NCBI GenBank assembly: GCA_965216565.1
Contig: OZ244170.1
Coordinates: 512,001-576,000, forward strand
Direction: 5' to 3'
Length of the DNA stretch: 64,000 bases
Source: Bythopirellula sp.
GTDB taxonomy: Bacteria; Planctomycetota; Planctomycetia; Pirellulales; Lacipirellulaceae
The notes beneath the pieces are model-generated. The model had not been told where the DNA came from. It made no database searches and was given only the letters and a program-made list of their open reading frames with translations. A program made the translations under genes and the position numbers. This document shows positions 1 to 10,476 of the stretch, piece by piece (the first letter of the stretch is position 1; every line of letters starts with the position of its first letter).

Positions 1-67
1 CTGATGGGACTAGCAGCCATGCGTGTTCTATTTGGCAGCCGACTAGCGTAGATATATACCCTTTGGG

Positions 68-334
68 TTACTCGTCGGACATTTCCGTTGCTGCATCACT
101 GTTTACTCTGAGCGTTTCAGGTTCAAAGCGTGTCGGCCTTGCTACCATGTACTTTGACGCAGCGCAAGAATGGCACATACAGTCTTTATATTGACAATGA
201 GGCAGCGGACACGGTGGGCAATATCTGCAATTGACGCGGCAGCCTGAGTAGCAGTGGTACGCCGGTGCGCAGCCACCTAGAAGTAACAAGACTATCAATC
301 CAAGTGAGCGCAATTGCGCTCTTGGGCTTTTCAT
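68..334 (-). CDS. Small Cys-rich lipoprotein
   Basis: Lipobox LLGGC; 10 Cys in about 40 aa; directly downstream of the TolC gene. Confidence 0.6.
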   Translation of the reverse strand: MKSPRAQLRSLGLIVLLLLGGCAPAYHCYSGCRVNCRYCPPCPLPHCQYKDCMCHSCAASKYMVARPTRFEPETLRVNSDAATEMSDE

Positions 335-397
335 GGTGAACCCCCTGGGTCGCGGGATCTATTGGGTGGTGGGTTTTCTTAGGCGGGAAGGTATTAA

Positions 398-1840
398 TTA
401 GTTGTCGTTAGTATCTTGTGGTGGAAGCGACTCTGGCTCCACAACGGGTGTAGGAATCAGTTCGGGCACCACTGCTACCGTGAAGCCGCCGACTACGCGT
501 TCCAACTCAGCCAATGTCTGCCGCAAGGAGGCTTCCAGCCGATGGTAGTTAATTTCATATCTCAGCAGTTGTCGCCAGTTATCGATGAGTTGCAAGAAAT
601 CGATTTCTCCAACGTTGTAGGCTTGATTCGAGACTTCCAATGTTTGGCGTGCTTTAGGCAGAATATCTTCACGGAATAGAACCAATAGATCTTCCTGGCT
701 GCGTGCTTGGGCGAATAAGTCCGTCACTTCTTCAAGTGTTCCGTCACGCAATACATCGTATTCACGGGTTGTCGAAACAACCTTCGCCTCGGCGGAACGA
801 ATGGAGGAGTCTAGTCGCTTACGGTAAACTGGTAGGTTGACGCCAGCACTTAAAAGAAATGAATCACGACCGTTTGTGACCGCACTGATACCGGTGTCCG
901 CTACGTCAATCCAAGACAGTCCCAGTGTTACATCCGGTTTGTAGTCGAGTCGCGCTAAGTTAACTGCGCTGCGATCTCGTCGTACCGCTGCCAATTGAGC
1001 ATGGAGTTCTGGCCGGGCAGCCACAGCCTGTTGCTGTAACAATTCTAAATCGCGAGGTGCCTGTTCTATAGGCAGATTAGCTAGAGCAGCAACCTGGGTC
1101 TGAGGAGCAATGTGGAGCAGACGAGCCAGTCGAGCTTGGCCACTCGCAAGTTGCTGTCGTAATTGAATCAATTCGTTTTCGACATTGGAAACCTCCAGAT
1201 CGGCTCGTAGCACGTCTTGCTGGCTCGTCCTTCCAGCTTTATATCGCGTATTGGCAACTTCGCGGATCTCAACGAGCAATCGCTGATCGGCCTCGGTGAC
1301 GGAGATCGCTTGCTGAATAAAATAGAGCTCGTAGTACGCTCGTTTTACCTGGGCTACCGTCGCTAATTCAACTGCTGCTAACTGGGCTCGCCCTACATTA
1401 GTCTGCGCCTCCGCTACACTGGCACGTGTGTCAAGTTTGCCAAACAGAAGAAACTTTTGGTTAGCGGCCACAATCACTTCCTGCTGTCCTGCTGCGGTTT
1501 GAACCTGCTCTGGCTGAGCGGTCACGTTGAGCATCGGATCGGGTAAACTCGCAGCCACCGGAACTTGGTGCGCAAAGGCTTCCATCTTCTTACGAGCTGC
1601 TTGAATTGCCGGGTTTTGCGACAAGGCCACCTGGATGTACTGGTCGACCGGATGGGGACCGGCCAGATCAGGGAATACGGGAGCAGTCGACACAACCGTG
1701 GACTGCGGGCCGCACCAAGCTGCTTGCACAGCTTGAGATACCTGAGCATATTCAGGGTCACGAATTTGTCGCGAAGTGCGACAGCCGCTAATGAATGCTG
1801 CGGCTACTACAAGAGTTATTAGTATTGGTCGATTGGCCAT
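398..1840 (-). CDS. TolC/CusC-family outer membrane efflux lipoprotein
   Basis: Lipobox ISGC; OEP-type helical repeats (ALSQNP, VKRAYYEL, YNVGEIDFL). Confidence 0.9.
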   Translation of the reverse strand: MANRPILITLVVAAAFISGCRTSRQIRDPEYAQVSQAVQAAWCGPQSTVVSTAPVFPDLAGPHPVDQYIQVALSQNPAIQAARKKMEAFAHQVPVAASLPDPMLNVTAQPEQVQTAAGQQEVIVAANQKFLLFGKLDTRASVAEAQTNVGRAQLAAVELATVAQVKRAYYELYFIQQAISVTEADQRLLVEIREVANTRYKAGRTSQQDVLRADLEVSNVENELIQLRQQLASGQARLARLLHIAPQTQVAALANLPIEQAPRDLELLQQQAVAARPELHAQLAAVRRDRSAVNLARLDYKPDVTLGLSWIDVADTGISAVTNGRDSFLLSAGVNLPVYRKRLDSSIRSAEAKVVSTTREYDVLRDGTLEEVTDLFAQARSQEDLLVLFREDILPKARQTLEVSNQAYNVGEIDFLQLIDNWRQLLRYEINYHRLEASLRQTLAELERVVGGFTVAVVPELIPTPVVEPESLPPQDTNDN

Positions 1841-2053
1841 CCGTGGCCTCCCCCGACTGAGTATATGTATAGAACATCGCCTATTTTATCGGCACAATCC
1901 CATGCAGTAGAACACTCCGCACGGCCGGAACTCTCGCTAAAAACGACATTATGGGTAGTGCCTGTGACAGTTGTTCCAATTAGGTAATCTTCGCATTCGC
2001 CAATCGTGAAGGCAACTCACAACGCAATACGCTAGTCGGTTGAAACTTGCGAA

Positions 2054-2353
2054 TCAGTGAGAGCAGCATCCCGACGTGCATCCAGAAGATGAATCGCTAG
2101 ATGTTGGTGAATAATCCAGCGGTTTATAAGAAGTTGAATCAGCAGATGAAGGATACGAAACAGCAGCAGTGGTTTGTGCAACTTGATCCGACAGAACGGG
2201 GCCTGTACTCGAATGCTGCTCTCCGGACGCAACGGTTGTTGCAGACGGTCCGGGCGAAACATTGGAGAAAGCAAACTTATTGCTACGACATCCGGGCATC
2301 AACGCTACCGAAAGGGCAAACAACAGAAAAAAGCGAAATCCTATTCGTGACAT
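2054..2353 (-). CDS. Small lipoprotein with C-terminal Cys/His cluster
   Basis: Lipobox MPGC, Ser/Thr-rich linker, ends GCTSGCCSH. Confidence 0.6.
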   Translation of the reverse strand: MSRIGFRFFLLFALSVALMPGCRSNKFAFSNVSPGPSATTVASGEQHSSTGPVLSDQVAQTTAAVSYPSSADSTSYKPLDYSPTSSDSSSGCTSGCCSH

Positions 2354-2525
2354 TTTCTTTCGTCCTTGAAAGTGTTTTAGCCCACAGCATGCTCACACAA
2401 TGAGAGTATTGACGTTAGGCCCTGATTGGTTGTGGTTACTTTTTACGTTGAGACAATGAAGCAAGCTAACTCTCCAATAAACGAGCTATTTGGATAAAGT
2501 TTTTCGAGTCTGTTTTCGAAGCGGT

Positions 2526-2565
2526 CTGGGCAACTCGATACCACCAGGTACGTCGAGTTGCCCAG
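2526..2565 (-). terminator. Stem-loop after the cus operon
   Basis: 13-bp perfect inverted repeat CTGGGCAACTCGA/TCGAGTTGCCCAG. Confidence 0.5.
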
Positions 2566-2600
2566 GCCCCAAGTGACTTCGTTGGATCACACGCCTTTGC

Positions 2601-3146
2601 TCAACGAATCTTCTTGTTCTTCTTCTTGGCATCCAGTGAAGCTGCAAAAAGCTGGTCGACTTCACGCAAGTACGTTACCGGGTCAGCGTTAATCTTTTTC
2701 GTGCACGGTGGACAGCAAACGTAGACAATTTGGCCTTCAACAATCGTCCATTTGGGCTTCTTGGGTAGCTTGTGCTTCATCACAGGGCAAATACCCTGAG
2801 CCCTGGCAAAATTAGCATGAATCGTTCCCCAGTGCTCTGGTTTGATCTTCTGCTTCAGACAACCTTTGCAACACATAAAGATATTCTCTTCGCCTACCTT
2901 CACTTTTATGGGGGCACCCATGGAACCCAGCTTCCCACCCGACACAGGACAAATCTCCTGGACGGCGGCTCGCAATTGGTCGCGTTTTTGTTGTTCTTTC
3001 GCGCGCTCTTCAGGCGTCTGTTGAGCTGCTGAAGGCACTTGACTCTGTTGTTGTGATTGCCCTCCTTCCACAAGTGCTTGGCCAGTTGCCAATTGGGCAG
3101 TACTTAACATCACAGCAATCGCAACAATCGTTTTCGTGAACTTCAT
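2601..3146 (-). CDS. Secreted heavy-metal-binding protein with two YHS/TRASH-like domains
   Basis: Signal peptide; two CPV...CCxxC units (ICPVSG..MCCKGC; ICPVMK..VCCPPC). Confidence 0.75.
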   Translation of the reverse strand: MKFTKTIVAIAVMLSTAQLATGQALVEGGQSQQQSQVPSAAQQTPEERAKEQQKRDQLRAAVQEICPVSGGKLGSMGAPIKVKVGEENIFMCCKGCLKQKIKPEHWGTIHANFARAQGICPVMKHKLPKKPKWTIVEGQIVYVCCPPCTKKINADPVTYLREVDQLFAASLDAKKKNKKIR

Positions 3147-3241
3147 TTCATTTCCCTTTCAAATCGAAGTGAGCTGGCAATTCCGTTGCCACGCAATCCC
3201 AATAGTGACAACCACGCGGTTGCCCAATTCATGTCTTCCAT

Positions 3242-6200
3242 TTAAGCCGCGGGCGTTACGGCTGATTCTTTAGTCCTCTCCGTCGGTACGTGTTCACCTC
3301 CTTCCGCCCAGTATTCATCTTGCAATCCAGCACGCATCTTGAACTCCACGTAAGCTGAGTACAGCGTCGGTACGATAAAAGTTGTAAAAGGCTCAATAAG
3401 CATCCCACCAAAGATCGGCAGCGCCATGGCCCGCGCGACATCGGCTCCCCGACCAGTTGAAATCAGTACCGGTACGAGTGCCACGATGGTGGTAATCGTA
3501 GTCATCATGCAGGGCCGAATACGTTTCAGGCCCGCTTCATAGATCGCGTCACGTACATCTTCGACGTTACGAATCGTCCGGCGATTGAGTGTCTCCCGCA
3601 TGTAGGTTGCCATGACGATGCCATCATCAGCCGCCAATCCAAACAGTGCAATAAAACCGACCCACATCGCCGTGTTCATTTCCACACCCATCACGGCCAC
3701 CGCAATCATGCCTCCCGCAGCAGCCACGGGAATGCCGGAAAAGACCACAAGCGAAATCGGGAAGTTTCGGAAATGAAGATAGTGCAATAACAAGTTGATC
3801 AAAATGACCATCGGCACGATCCACATCAGACGTTGGTTTGCTTCGATCTGATTCTGGAACGACCCAACGGCTTGCAGTTCAAAGTTTCCTTCAGGAAACT
3901 TCAGCTCACCGCTCTCTCGTGCAGCACGTAGTGAAGCCATCACGGCTTCTACTGTTTCCAAATCCCCTACGCCTCCAGCAGGAGAGAACGACACATGAGC
4001 TACCAGTCGAGCATCTTCACTGTTGATTGCACCTGGCCCCCAAGTCATTTTAACACTAGCCAAGCGTTCCAGCGGCACCACTTCACCTGTGGGGGCGACG
4101 ACTGAAACTTTATGCAACTCGTCAACCTCTTCACGGACATTCCGTTGATAGCGAATCTGAATGGGATATCGCTCACGCCCTTCCACAGTCGAGGTGACGT
4201 CAACACCACCTAAGCCAGCGGAGACCAGTTGGTTGACCATCATGGTAGTCATCCCATACCGGGCCGATTCTTCGCGATCGACCTCAAACTCGTAGTAAGG
4301 CTTCCCCATCACGATATCTGGATTCACGGTACCCGAGTTCACGTAGTGATGCTTTTTCAGTTGTTCTGCAACTGCGAGTGCCGCTTCACCAAGACCTTCA
4401 AGGCTGTCTCCATAGATCCTGACAGCCATGGATGCTTTAATTCCGCTCTGCAACATAACCACGCGACCTTCAATCGGCTGAAGGGCCGAAGCGGGTGTAA
4501 TCCCCGGCAATGTGGCGACGGCGTTAATCTCGTCCCAGATGTCACGCTCGGAAACTCCCTCACGCCACTGATCTCTCGGTTTGAGCATCACATAGGTTTC
4601 GATCATGGCAGCAGGAGCAGGATCAAGCGCCGACTCTACCCGCCCGATTTTTCCCAGCACCTCCGATACCTCCGGAATTTCCTTGATCATTACGTCCTGA
4701 GTTTGCAGCACTTCCATGGCCTGTGAGAAACTGGCCGCCGGAAATAGGCTCGGCATGTAGAACCAGCTCCCTTCGTCGAGTGCGATCCAGTCGTCCGACT
4801 TCAAGCCAGTAAAGACGTGCTTGGCGTCGACATAACCCGGCACATTGTTCAGGTCAGCCCCCAGCATAGAGAACACCTTCTCGACCGGTTGCAGCACCGT
4901 GGGAAGGCCAATCCAAGCGCCTAGCCCAAGGATGAAAATCATTGCAGGGAAGGAGAGCATCAGGGCTTTTCGCCTCAAGGCTAAGCGAAGCCTTCCCGCA
5001 TACAGCCACAATACAAAACGGCTTACCGGATTCTCTTCCATGGGGCGAATCTTCTCTCGTGTCATCCACCAACCGACGAATAACCCGATGGCTCCGGCCA
5101 GGAACGTAGCGAAATGCGGGTTCAGTGAAGTGAGTCGCTCAATCTCAACTCCCCAGACAAAATAACACAACCCGGCACCTAGACTGGCCAACGCGACTCC
5201 CGCGATGAGACTCGTCCATTTTTTTGGAAGTGAAGTTCGCAGAAAAATACGGCACAGCACGGGAACAATAGTCACGGCCACGATCAAGCTGGCGGCTAGA
5301 GCGAACGTCTTTGTCCAAGCCAGTGGCGTAAACAGTCGATGGTCGCGGCCGGTCAAAAAGAACACGGGTAAAAAGCTGACAATGGTTGTGGTTACGGCCG
5401 TAATTACCGCTGGCACGACCTCGCTTGCCGAGTTGCTAATGACCTGTAGCCGCTTAGTCTCACCGCCAGGCGATCCCTTAGCCTCCCAGCTGGCAAGTCC
5501 ACCGTAGATGTTTTCCAGCACAATGATTCCCATATCGACCATGGTGCCGATGGCAATCGCAATCCCAGCCAGTGACATGATGTTAGCATCCACGCCGAAC
5601 ATTTTCATGGCGATGAATGACATGAGCACGGCCATAGGTAGCGTGATGGCGATAACAATGCTCGCGCGAACATGTAGCAGGAAAAGAACCATCACAACGA
5701 TGGTGATCGCGATTTCGTGCTGCAGTGCGTGCGTCAGTGTGGCAACTGTTTCGTCGATTAGCTCCGTACGGTCGTAAACACCGTGAATTTTGATGCCGTC
5801 CAGTTCAGACTCTAGGGCAGTGACCTTCTCTTTGATGCGTTCGGCCACGTCGCGGGGATTTTCCCCGTAGCGCATTACCACCACACCACCCACTGCCTCT
5901 TGGCCGTTGTAGTCCAATGCACCCCGGCGAAATGCTGGTCCGGTTTGCACTTGGGCGACGTCGCGCACTCGAACCGGCACTCCCTCACGCGTTAGCACGA
6001 CCGTGTTCTCTATTTGCTGGATCGTTTCGGCTTCGGTTTTTCCCGACCCGATAAATCCCATACCGCGAACGATGAACTCCATACCGCTCGTTTCAACGGT
6101 CTTAGCACCGACGTCGATATTCGACTCTTTAACAGCTTTGATCACCTTACTGAGCGGAATGTTGTGGTAGCGCAGGGCATCGGGGTCGACTTCAATTTGA

Positions 6201-6757
6201 TATTGCCGCACGTAGCCGCCAATCGACGCTACTTCGGCCACGCCATCGACTGATTGGAGCGAATATTTGATGAAGAAGTCCTGCTTAGAACGCAGCTCAG
6301 CCAAGTCCATTCCTGGCGGCGGTTGGAGCACATAGTAGTAAATCTGCCCCAGGGCCGTCGCATCAGGTGCAAGTCTTGGCGTCACACCCTCGGGCAGCGT
6401 CCCCGCAACGGTCGTTAATTGTTCGGCTACTCGTGAACGAGCCCAATAGAAGTCGACGCCGTCGTCAAAAGTGACTTGCACAAAGCTGAAGCCAAACATG
6501 CTTTTGCCGCGCACGCTCTCTGCTCCAGGGACGGCCTGTAAGGCCACCGACAAGGGGTACGTGATTTGATCTTCCATGTCCTTGGGAGATCGTCCGATCC
6601 ACTCGGTGAGCACGATTACTTGGTTCTCACCCACGTTTGGAATGGCATCGAGCGGCACTTTCTTGGTGGCGTACCAACCGTAAGCCACGATCACGACGGC
6701 GGCAATGAGCACTACCAATCGTTCACGAAGACAGAAGTCCAACAGTCCTTTGATCAT
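3242..6757 (-). CDS. cusA: CusA/CzcA-family heavy-metal RND permease
   Basis: 1171 aa; PLDAIP, SLAGIAIAIGTMVD and RIRPCMMT motifs of HME-RND pumps. Confidence 0.93.
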   Translation of the reverse strand: MIKGLLDFCLRERLVVLIAAVVIVAYGWYATKKVPLDAIPNVGENQVIVLTEWIGRSPKDMEDQITYPLSVALQAVPGAESVRGKSMFGFSFVQVTFDDGVDFYWARSRVAEQLTTVAGTLPEGVTPRLAPDATALGQIYYYVLQPPPGMDLAELRSKQDFFIKYSLQSVDGVAEVASIGGYVRQYQIEVDPDALRYHNIPLSKVIKAVKESNIDVGAKTVETSGMEFIVRGMGFIGSGKTEAETIQQIENTVVLTREGVPVRVRDVAQVQTGPAFRRGALDYNGQEAVGGVVVMRYGENPRDVAERIKEKVTALESELDGIKIHGVYDRTELIDETVATLTHALQHEIAITIVVMVLFLLHVRASIVIAITLPMAVLMSFIAMKMFGVDANIMSLAGIAIAIGTMVDMGIIVLENIYGGLASWEAKGSPGGETKRLQVISNSASEVVPAVITAVTTTIVSFLPVFFLTGRDHRLFTPLAWTKTFALAASLIVAVTIVPVLCRIFLRTSLPKKWTSLIAGVALASLGAGLCYFVWGVEIERLTSLNPHFATFLAGAIGLFVGWWMTREKIRPMEENPVSRFVLWLYAGRLRLALRRKALMLSFPAMIFILGLGAWIGLPTVLQPVEKVFSMLGADLNNVPGYVDAKHVFTGLKSDDWIALDEGSWFYMPSLFPAASFSQAMEVLQTQDVMIKEIPEVSEVLGKIGRVESALDPAPAAMIETYVMLKPRDQWREGVSERDIWDEINAVATLPGITPASALQPIEGRVVMLQSGIKASMAVRIYGDSLEGLGEAALAVAEQLKKHHYVNSGTVNPDIVMGKPYYEFEVDREESARYGMTTMMVNQLVSAGLGGVDVTSTVEGRERYPIQIRYQRNVREEVDELHKVSVVAPTGEVVPLERLASVKMTWGPGAINSEDARLVAHVSFSPAGGVGDLETVEAVMASLRAARESGELKFPEGNFELQAVGSFQNQIEANQRLMWIVPMVILINLLLHYLHFRNFPISLVVFSGIPVAAAGGMIAVAVMGVEMNTAMWVGFIALFGLAADDGIVMATYMRETLNRRTIRNVEDVRDAIYEAGLKRIRPCMMTTITTIVALVPVLISTGRGADVARAMALPIFGGMLIEPFTTFIVPTLYSAYVEFKMRAGLQDEYWAEGGEHVPTERTKESAVTPAA

Positions 6758-8673
6758 CTCACGGCCTCCACTTTAATCTTCGCTAAATACTTTGCCGGCT
6801 CGGCAAGCAGTCTCTTACGACAGCCCTCACAGCAGATAAAAACTGGATGGTCCTCGACCATGACTTTGATTGGTGCTCCCATCGACCCCAGCGGCATGTC
6901 TGTAACGGGACATACTTTTTGCCGCTCAGCGAGCATTCGATCCTCGGCAGACAACTTCGCCATGGCGACGGCTTGTTCTTCAGAGGGAGCATCTTCGACT
7001 TGCTCAAAAGGTGATTGAGAAACTACTAGTGGTTGTTCAACCACTTCTTCTAAGACTATTTGTGCTGTGCCGATCGGTGGCAGGTCGTCTTCGTCAAATT
7101 CTATTTCTACTTTAGGTTGTGCCTTGGTTGGGTCGATCAACGACGGGTTGCCAGCCAGCTGCATCTGTGAATCAATCAGGAAGTTCCCGGAAACAGCAAC
7201 CTCCTCTCCTTCCTTGAGACCTTCTAGCACAACGATCTGATCGCCACTACGACCACCTAGCACGACATTGCGAATCTCAAACCGGCCGGGCTCAGTCTCC
7301 ACGTAGACCACACTATCCCGACCTGCCATTAACACGGCACTACGAGGTATAACAAGCGCTTCCACATTCGTACTCGCTTCGCTTGTGAAGCCATACTGCG
7401 AGGAGGGAACTAGCTCGATCCCGCAGACGCGACACTGTCCGGGCGATGATTCCACAACGTGCGGATGTCGAGGACTGATCCACTTGTTTGCCAGTTCCGA
7501 GTCGTAGATATTTCCCTGCAAGCCGCCATCGGCAAGCGGCACTTCAATCGTTGCTCTTGCATAGTCACCGACCCGAAGTAAGCCGTTCTCATTGGGTATT
7601 ACGACTCGCACTCCGACAGTTCGCTTGACAGGATCTACAGTGGGATCAACGAAGGCTACACGGCCAGTAAAGGCCCTTCCGGGGAGCGATTGCACTTCCG
7701 CTTCCACTTTTTGTCCGTAACGGATAGTGGCGGCATCCTCCGGAAACAATTCCAGCATTAGCCATACCGTGGACAAATCCGCCAGCTCGTAGATTGCCTG
7801 GCCTTCTTTGACGTATTGGCCTTCCGTAGCGTACTTCTTAATCACTGTGCCGCTGATCGGTGCGCACAGATGCATGCGGCTATTCGCCTCGCCAGCAAGT
7901 TCCAGCTGACCGATTTGCTCTTCGGTCATACCGAGTTCGATTAGTCTCTGCTTCGTGCTTTTATACATGTCGCGATTCGACTGCACGACTCTTTGCAGGC
8001 TTGTCGACTGGCTCCCATCACGTGCCTTTTTGGCCAGGAGCAACTCGACCTGACCGGAATAGAGTCGCGGGGAATAGACCAGAGCTAGATGATCCCCTTT
8101 TGCTACGACCACGCCGGTAAAATCGGCATACAAGCGGTCGAGTCGTCCATCGACATAGGCAGAAATCGTTTTGAGTGAACCTTCATCGTAGTTGAGTTCA
8201 CCGATGGCCCGTATGGTACGCGTAAGCGGAGTCAACATCACAGCAGCGGTGTGAATGTTGGCGACACGCCGTGCTGCTGGATCTACTTGCACCGACTTCG
8301 AGTCTGATGAACCACCCCCCGATGCTGCTGGTACGAGTTCCATCTCACAAACAGGACACCGACCAGGTCCGATTTGTGGCGGGGTGCAAAGCATAGGGCA
8401 GATGTAGGTTCTGGTATCGCCACTGCTAGACGCAGCCTGATCACCACCCCCACCACCTCCAGCGGAAACCCAACCCATTTTCTGAGCCACTCCGAGACCC
8501 ACAATCAACGCGGCGCCTGCTGCTAACAAAAGCAATGGCTGCACCACAAGCTTGATCCACCATCGACGTGACTCTTGGCGGTCAATGGCCGAACTGGCTG
8601 CCTCTCGCTGAGCGCATTTAGCTGCTTCTTCCGGTTTAGCCCCAGAGTCAGCGTTCGTTGTTGTATCTTTCAT
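6754..8673 (-). CDS. cusB: CusB-family RND periplasmic adaptor with heavy-metal-binding domains (start placed at ATG 8673)
   Basis: YICPM..GRCPVCEM domain, MFP core (YSPRL, APISGTV), C-terminal CPV..CCEGC; overlaps the cusA start. Confidence 0.9.
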   Translation of the reverse strand: MKDTTTNADSGAKPEEAAKCAQREAASSAIDRQESRRWWIKLVVQPLLLLAAGAALIVGLGVAQKMGWVSAGGGGGGDQAASSSGDTRTYICPMLCTPPQIGPGRCPVCEMELVPAASGGGSSDSKSVQVDPAARRVANIHTAAVMLTPLTRTIRAIGELNYDEGSLKTISAYVDGRLDRLYADFTGVVVAKGDHLALVYSPRLYSGQVELLLAKKARDGSQSTSLQRVVQSNRDMYKSTKQRLIELGMTEEQIGQLELAGEANSRMHLCAPISGTVIKKYATEGQYVKEGQAIYELADLSTVWLMLELFPEDAATIRYGQKVEAEVQSLPGRAFTGRVAFVDPTVDPVKRTVGVRVVIPNENGLLRVGDYARATIEVPLADGGLQGNIYDSELANKWISPRHPHVVESSPGQCRVCGIELVPSSQYGFTSEASTNVEALVIPRSAVLMAGRDSVVYVETEPGRFEIRNVVLGGRSGDQIVVLEGLKEGEEVAVSGNFLIDSQMQLAGNPSLIDPTKAQPKVEIEFDEDDLPPIGTAQIVLEEVVEQPLVVSQSPFEQVEDAPSEEQAVAMAKLSAEDRMLAERQKVCPVTDMPLGSMGAPIKVMVEDHPVFICCEGCRKRLLAEPAKYLAKIKVEAVR

Positions 8674-8781
8674 GATTATCTCGCTGCACCCGTTTAGATG
8701 CGTGTATTTCGAAGCGAGCAGGTGCAGCGCCAACCGTTCCCTCGGGCCGCCGCACACCGCTCACTACGGTTGATTCCTACA

Positions 8782-8919
8782 TTAGCCACAACTTGGACAT
8801 GACCCTGCGGAAGATGACCCGGTCCTAGCCGGCCTCGATCCAGCGCTACGACAACCAGCGGCTGTGAGCGTCACGACAATAAGCAGGGCAGCAATCCATC
8901 GAAATCCGTTCCGGTACAT
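8782..8919 (-). CDS. 45-aa lipopeptide ending in CxxC
   Basis: GAGGA RBS; lipobox AAGC; ends GSCPSCG. Confidence 0.55.
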   Translation of the reverse strand: MYRNGFRWIAALLIVVTLTAAGCRSAGSRPARTGSSSAGSCPSCG

Positions 8920-9130
8920 AGTGGTCCTCATTAACTTATTAGGTGTTGATAGGCTTTCGCGCATTTCCACGTGACGCGAAACAAACATGTTGAATGAGAG
9001 AGCAATCGTGTGAATGACAATGTCCGCCACAATTGTGACCGCTCACGTGTGATCAGAAGCACCAGCGTAGAAAGCAAATCGCGCAGCTAGCATCCGTGGC
9101 TAAGCGCGCAGTGGTGCTGTAGAAGTTGGT

Positions 9131-9712
9131 TCAGATTGTGAACCGGCAGAGAGTGACGCAGCGATCAAGAGCAGACAAAGCAGCATCTGCCCAGGCACAC
9201 AAATTCGTGTGCTGCCGCGTCGCAGAAGGTAGATAAACGGTGTCGGAGAAAGTCCCGGCAGCTGAGCCGACTAGATTTCTTTCGGGGGAGCTATTTTCGA
9301 CAGGAGGAGCCGCTGGCTTAGGCGGGGTATTGCTCTTACCGCACTGGCAGTTGTCGCCACAAGAACAACCGGTTTTAGATTCGCCACGCGAACAACAGCT
9401 GTTACTTGCTTTGTTCCCTGAACAGCAGGTACTACTCTGTTGATGGCAAGGACTTGCATCGCCACAGCGACAGACCTTAGATCCCGTGCAGCGGCATGGA
9501 CCAACAGCTTGCTGGCTACAACAACTGGCTGGAGTTATACCAGCCACAGAGCAACTGTCAGCACAACAGCAACCCTTCGACTGCTGAACTTCGACAGCGG
9601 ACGTTATGCCGCTCGTGCAGCCGCACGCGACTGACGGCAAACCCTGCACGGGAATCGTCATAGCGGCGAGCCAGACAAAAGTGCGGGCGGCAATGTGTTC
9701 AGTAATCCACAT
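9131..9712 (-). CDS. Cys-rich metallothionein-like or leader protein
   Basis: 24 Cys in 193 aa as CxC/CC/CCC; hydrophobic N-terminus; upstream of cusB. Start uncertain (ORF is open to 9787). Confidence 0.7.
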   Translation of the reverse strand: MWITEHIAARTFVWLAAMTIPVQGLPSVACGCTSGITSAVEVQQSKGCCCADSCSVAGITPASCCSQQAVGPCRCTGSKVCRCGDASPCHQQSSTCCSGNKASNSCCSRGESKTGCSCGDNCQCGKSNTPPKPAAPPVENSSPERNLVGSAAGTFSDTVYLPSATRQHTNLCAWADAALSALDRCVTLCRFTI

Positions 9713-9986
9713 AATGAAAGTTCTCTTTGCATGCCACCTTTGGAGGCGGACAAATTCTTCTTCGTTTATCGGCTCGCCAGGAAACACACCTAAAGGAGAA
9801 GCAGTAAAGAAATCTCCTACGAGGTCAAAGTACTAGACTCTAGGGAAAATCCAAAAAACTTGGCGGAAGGTCAAGGGCAACTAATGCCAGCTATATGCAA
9901 TGATGGCATCCTTAGCCCTTGTGTCAACATATTTCCGTTGTCCCCTGACTACAGCCATCCCCCCCAAGTTACGGTGAATACACAAA

Positions 9987-10018
9987 CACCTCTGGCGGCA
10001 AAAAAGTCGCCAGAGGTG
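9987..10018 (-). terminator. Rho-independent terminator-like hairpin
   Basis: CACCTCTGGCG...CGCCAGAGGTG inverted repeat after the 10060-10476 gene. Confidence 0.55.
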
Positions 10019-10059
10019 CGATTTTCATTCGTTTGACACTGTAAGCAGGGCCATCGGTC

Positions 10060-10476
10060 CTATGCGACAATTCTAGCCGAAGAAGTCCCACAGCAAGGGC
10101 GTTTGATTTTGCAGCAATAGGCACGTTTTGCACAGCAAGTTGGCCTGACGGCTTGATCGCTGCTCGCCAAAGATGCTGTCATCGACTCCGTTCGAACTAC
10201 TTTGGCCCTAGCCGACTTTCCACAGCACGGCCTCTTGATAGTGCAGCAGTAAGCTCGCTTTACGCAGCAAGACTGTTTGCTGGTAATCTCTTTACTAGGT
10301 TCGGCCATGACACCCGACAATTCAGCGTCCGTTGAAGAATTGCTGCAGCATCGCGCTTTGATTGAGCAGCAGTAGGCCTTCTTGGCGCAACAGGATTGTT
10401 GGGTCAATGACGAATCGTCGGCAGCGAAGGTTAGGCCGAATGCAACGGCAGCTAACGTAGCAAGTTTAATAATCAT
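10060..10476 (-). CDS. Secreted protein with three CC-x5-CC-x5-CC repeats
   Basis: Signal peptide; repeats CCAKKAYCCSIKARCC, CCVKRAYCCTIKRPCC, CCAKRAYCCKIKRPCC. Confidence 0.75.
   Translation of the reverse strand: MIIKLATLAAVAFGLTFAADDSSLTQQSCCAKKAYCCSIKARCCSNSSTDAELSGVMAEPSKEITSKQSCCVKRAYCCTIKRPCCGKSARAKVVRTESMTASLASSDQAVRPTCCAKRAYCCKIKRPCCGTSSARIVA

Noticed and set aside
55..70. TATACCC-TTT-GGGTTA resembling the CsoR operator
   Set aside because: Imperfect, overlaps a stop codon, and any target gene would lie outside the window
1323..1334. TAGAGCTCGTAG matching the tRNA-Lys 5' junction (possible att copy)
   Set aside because: Only 12 nt and inside an intact tolC reading frame; most likely chance
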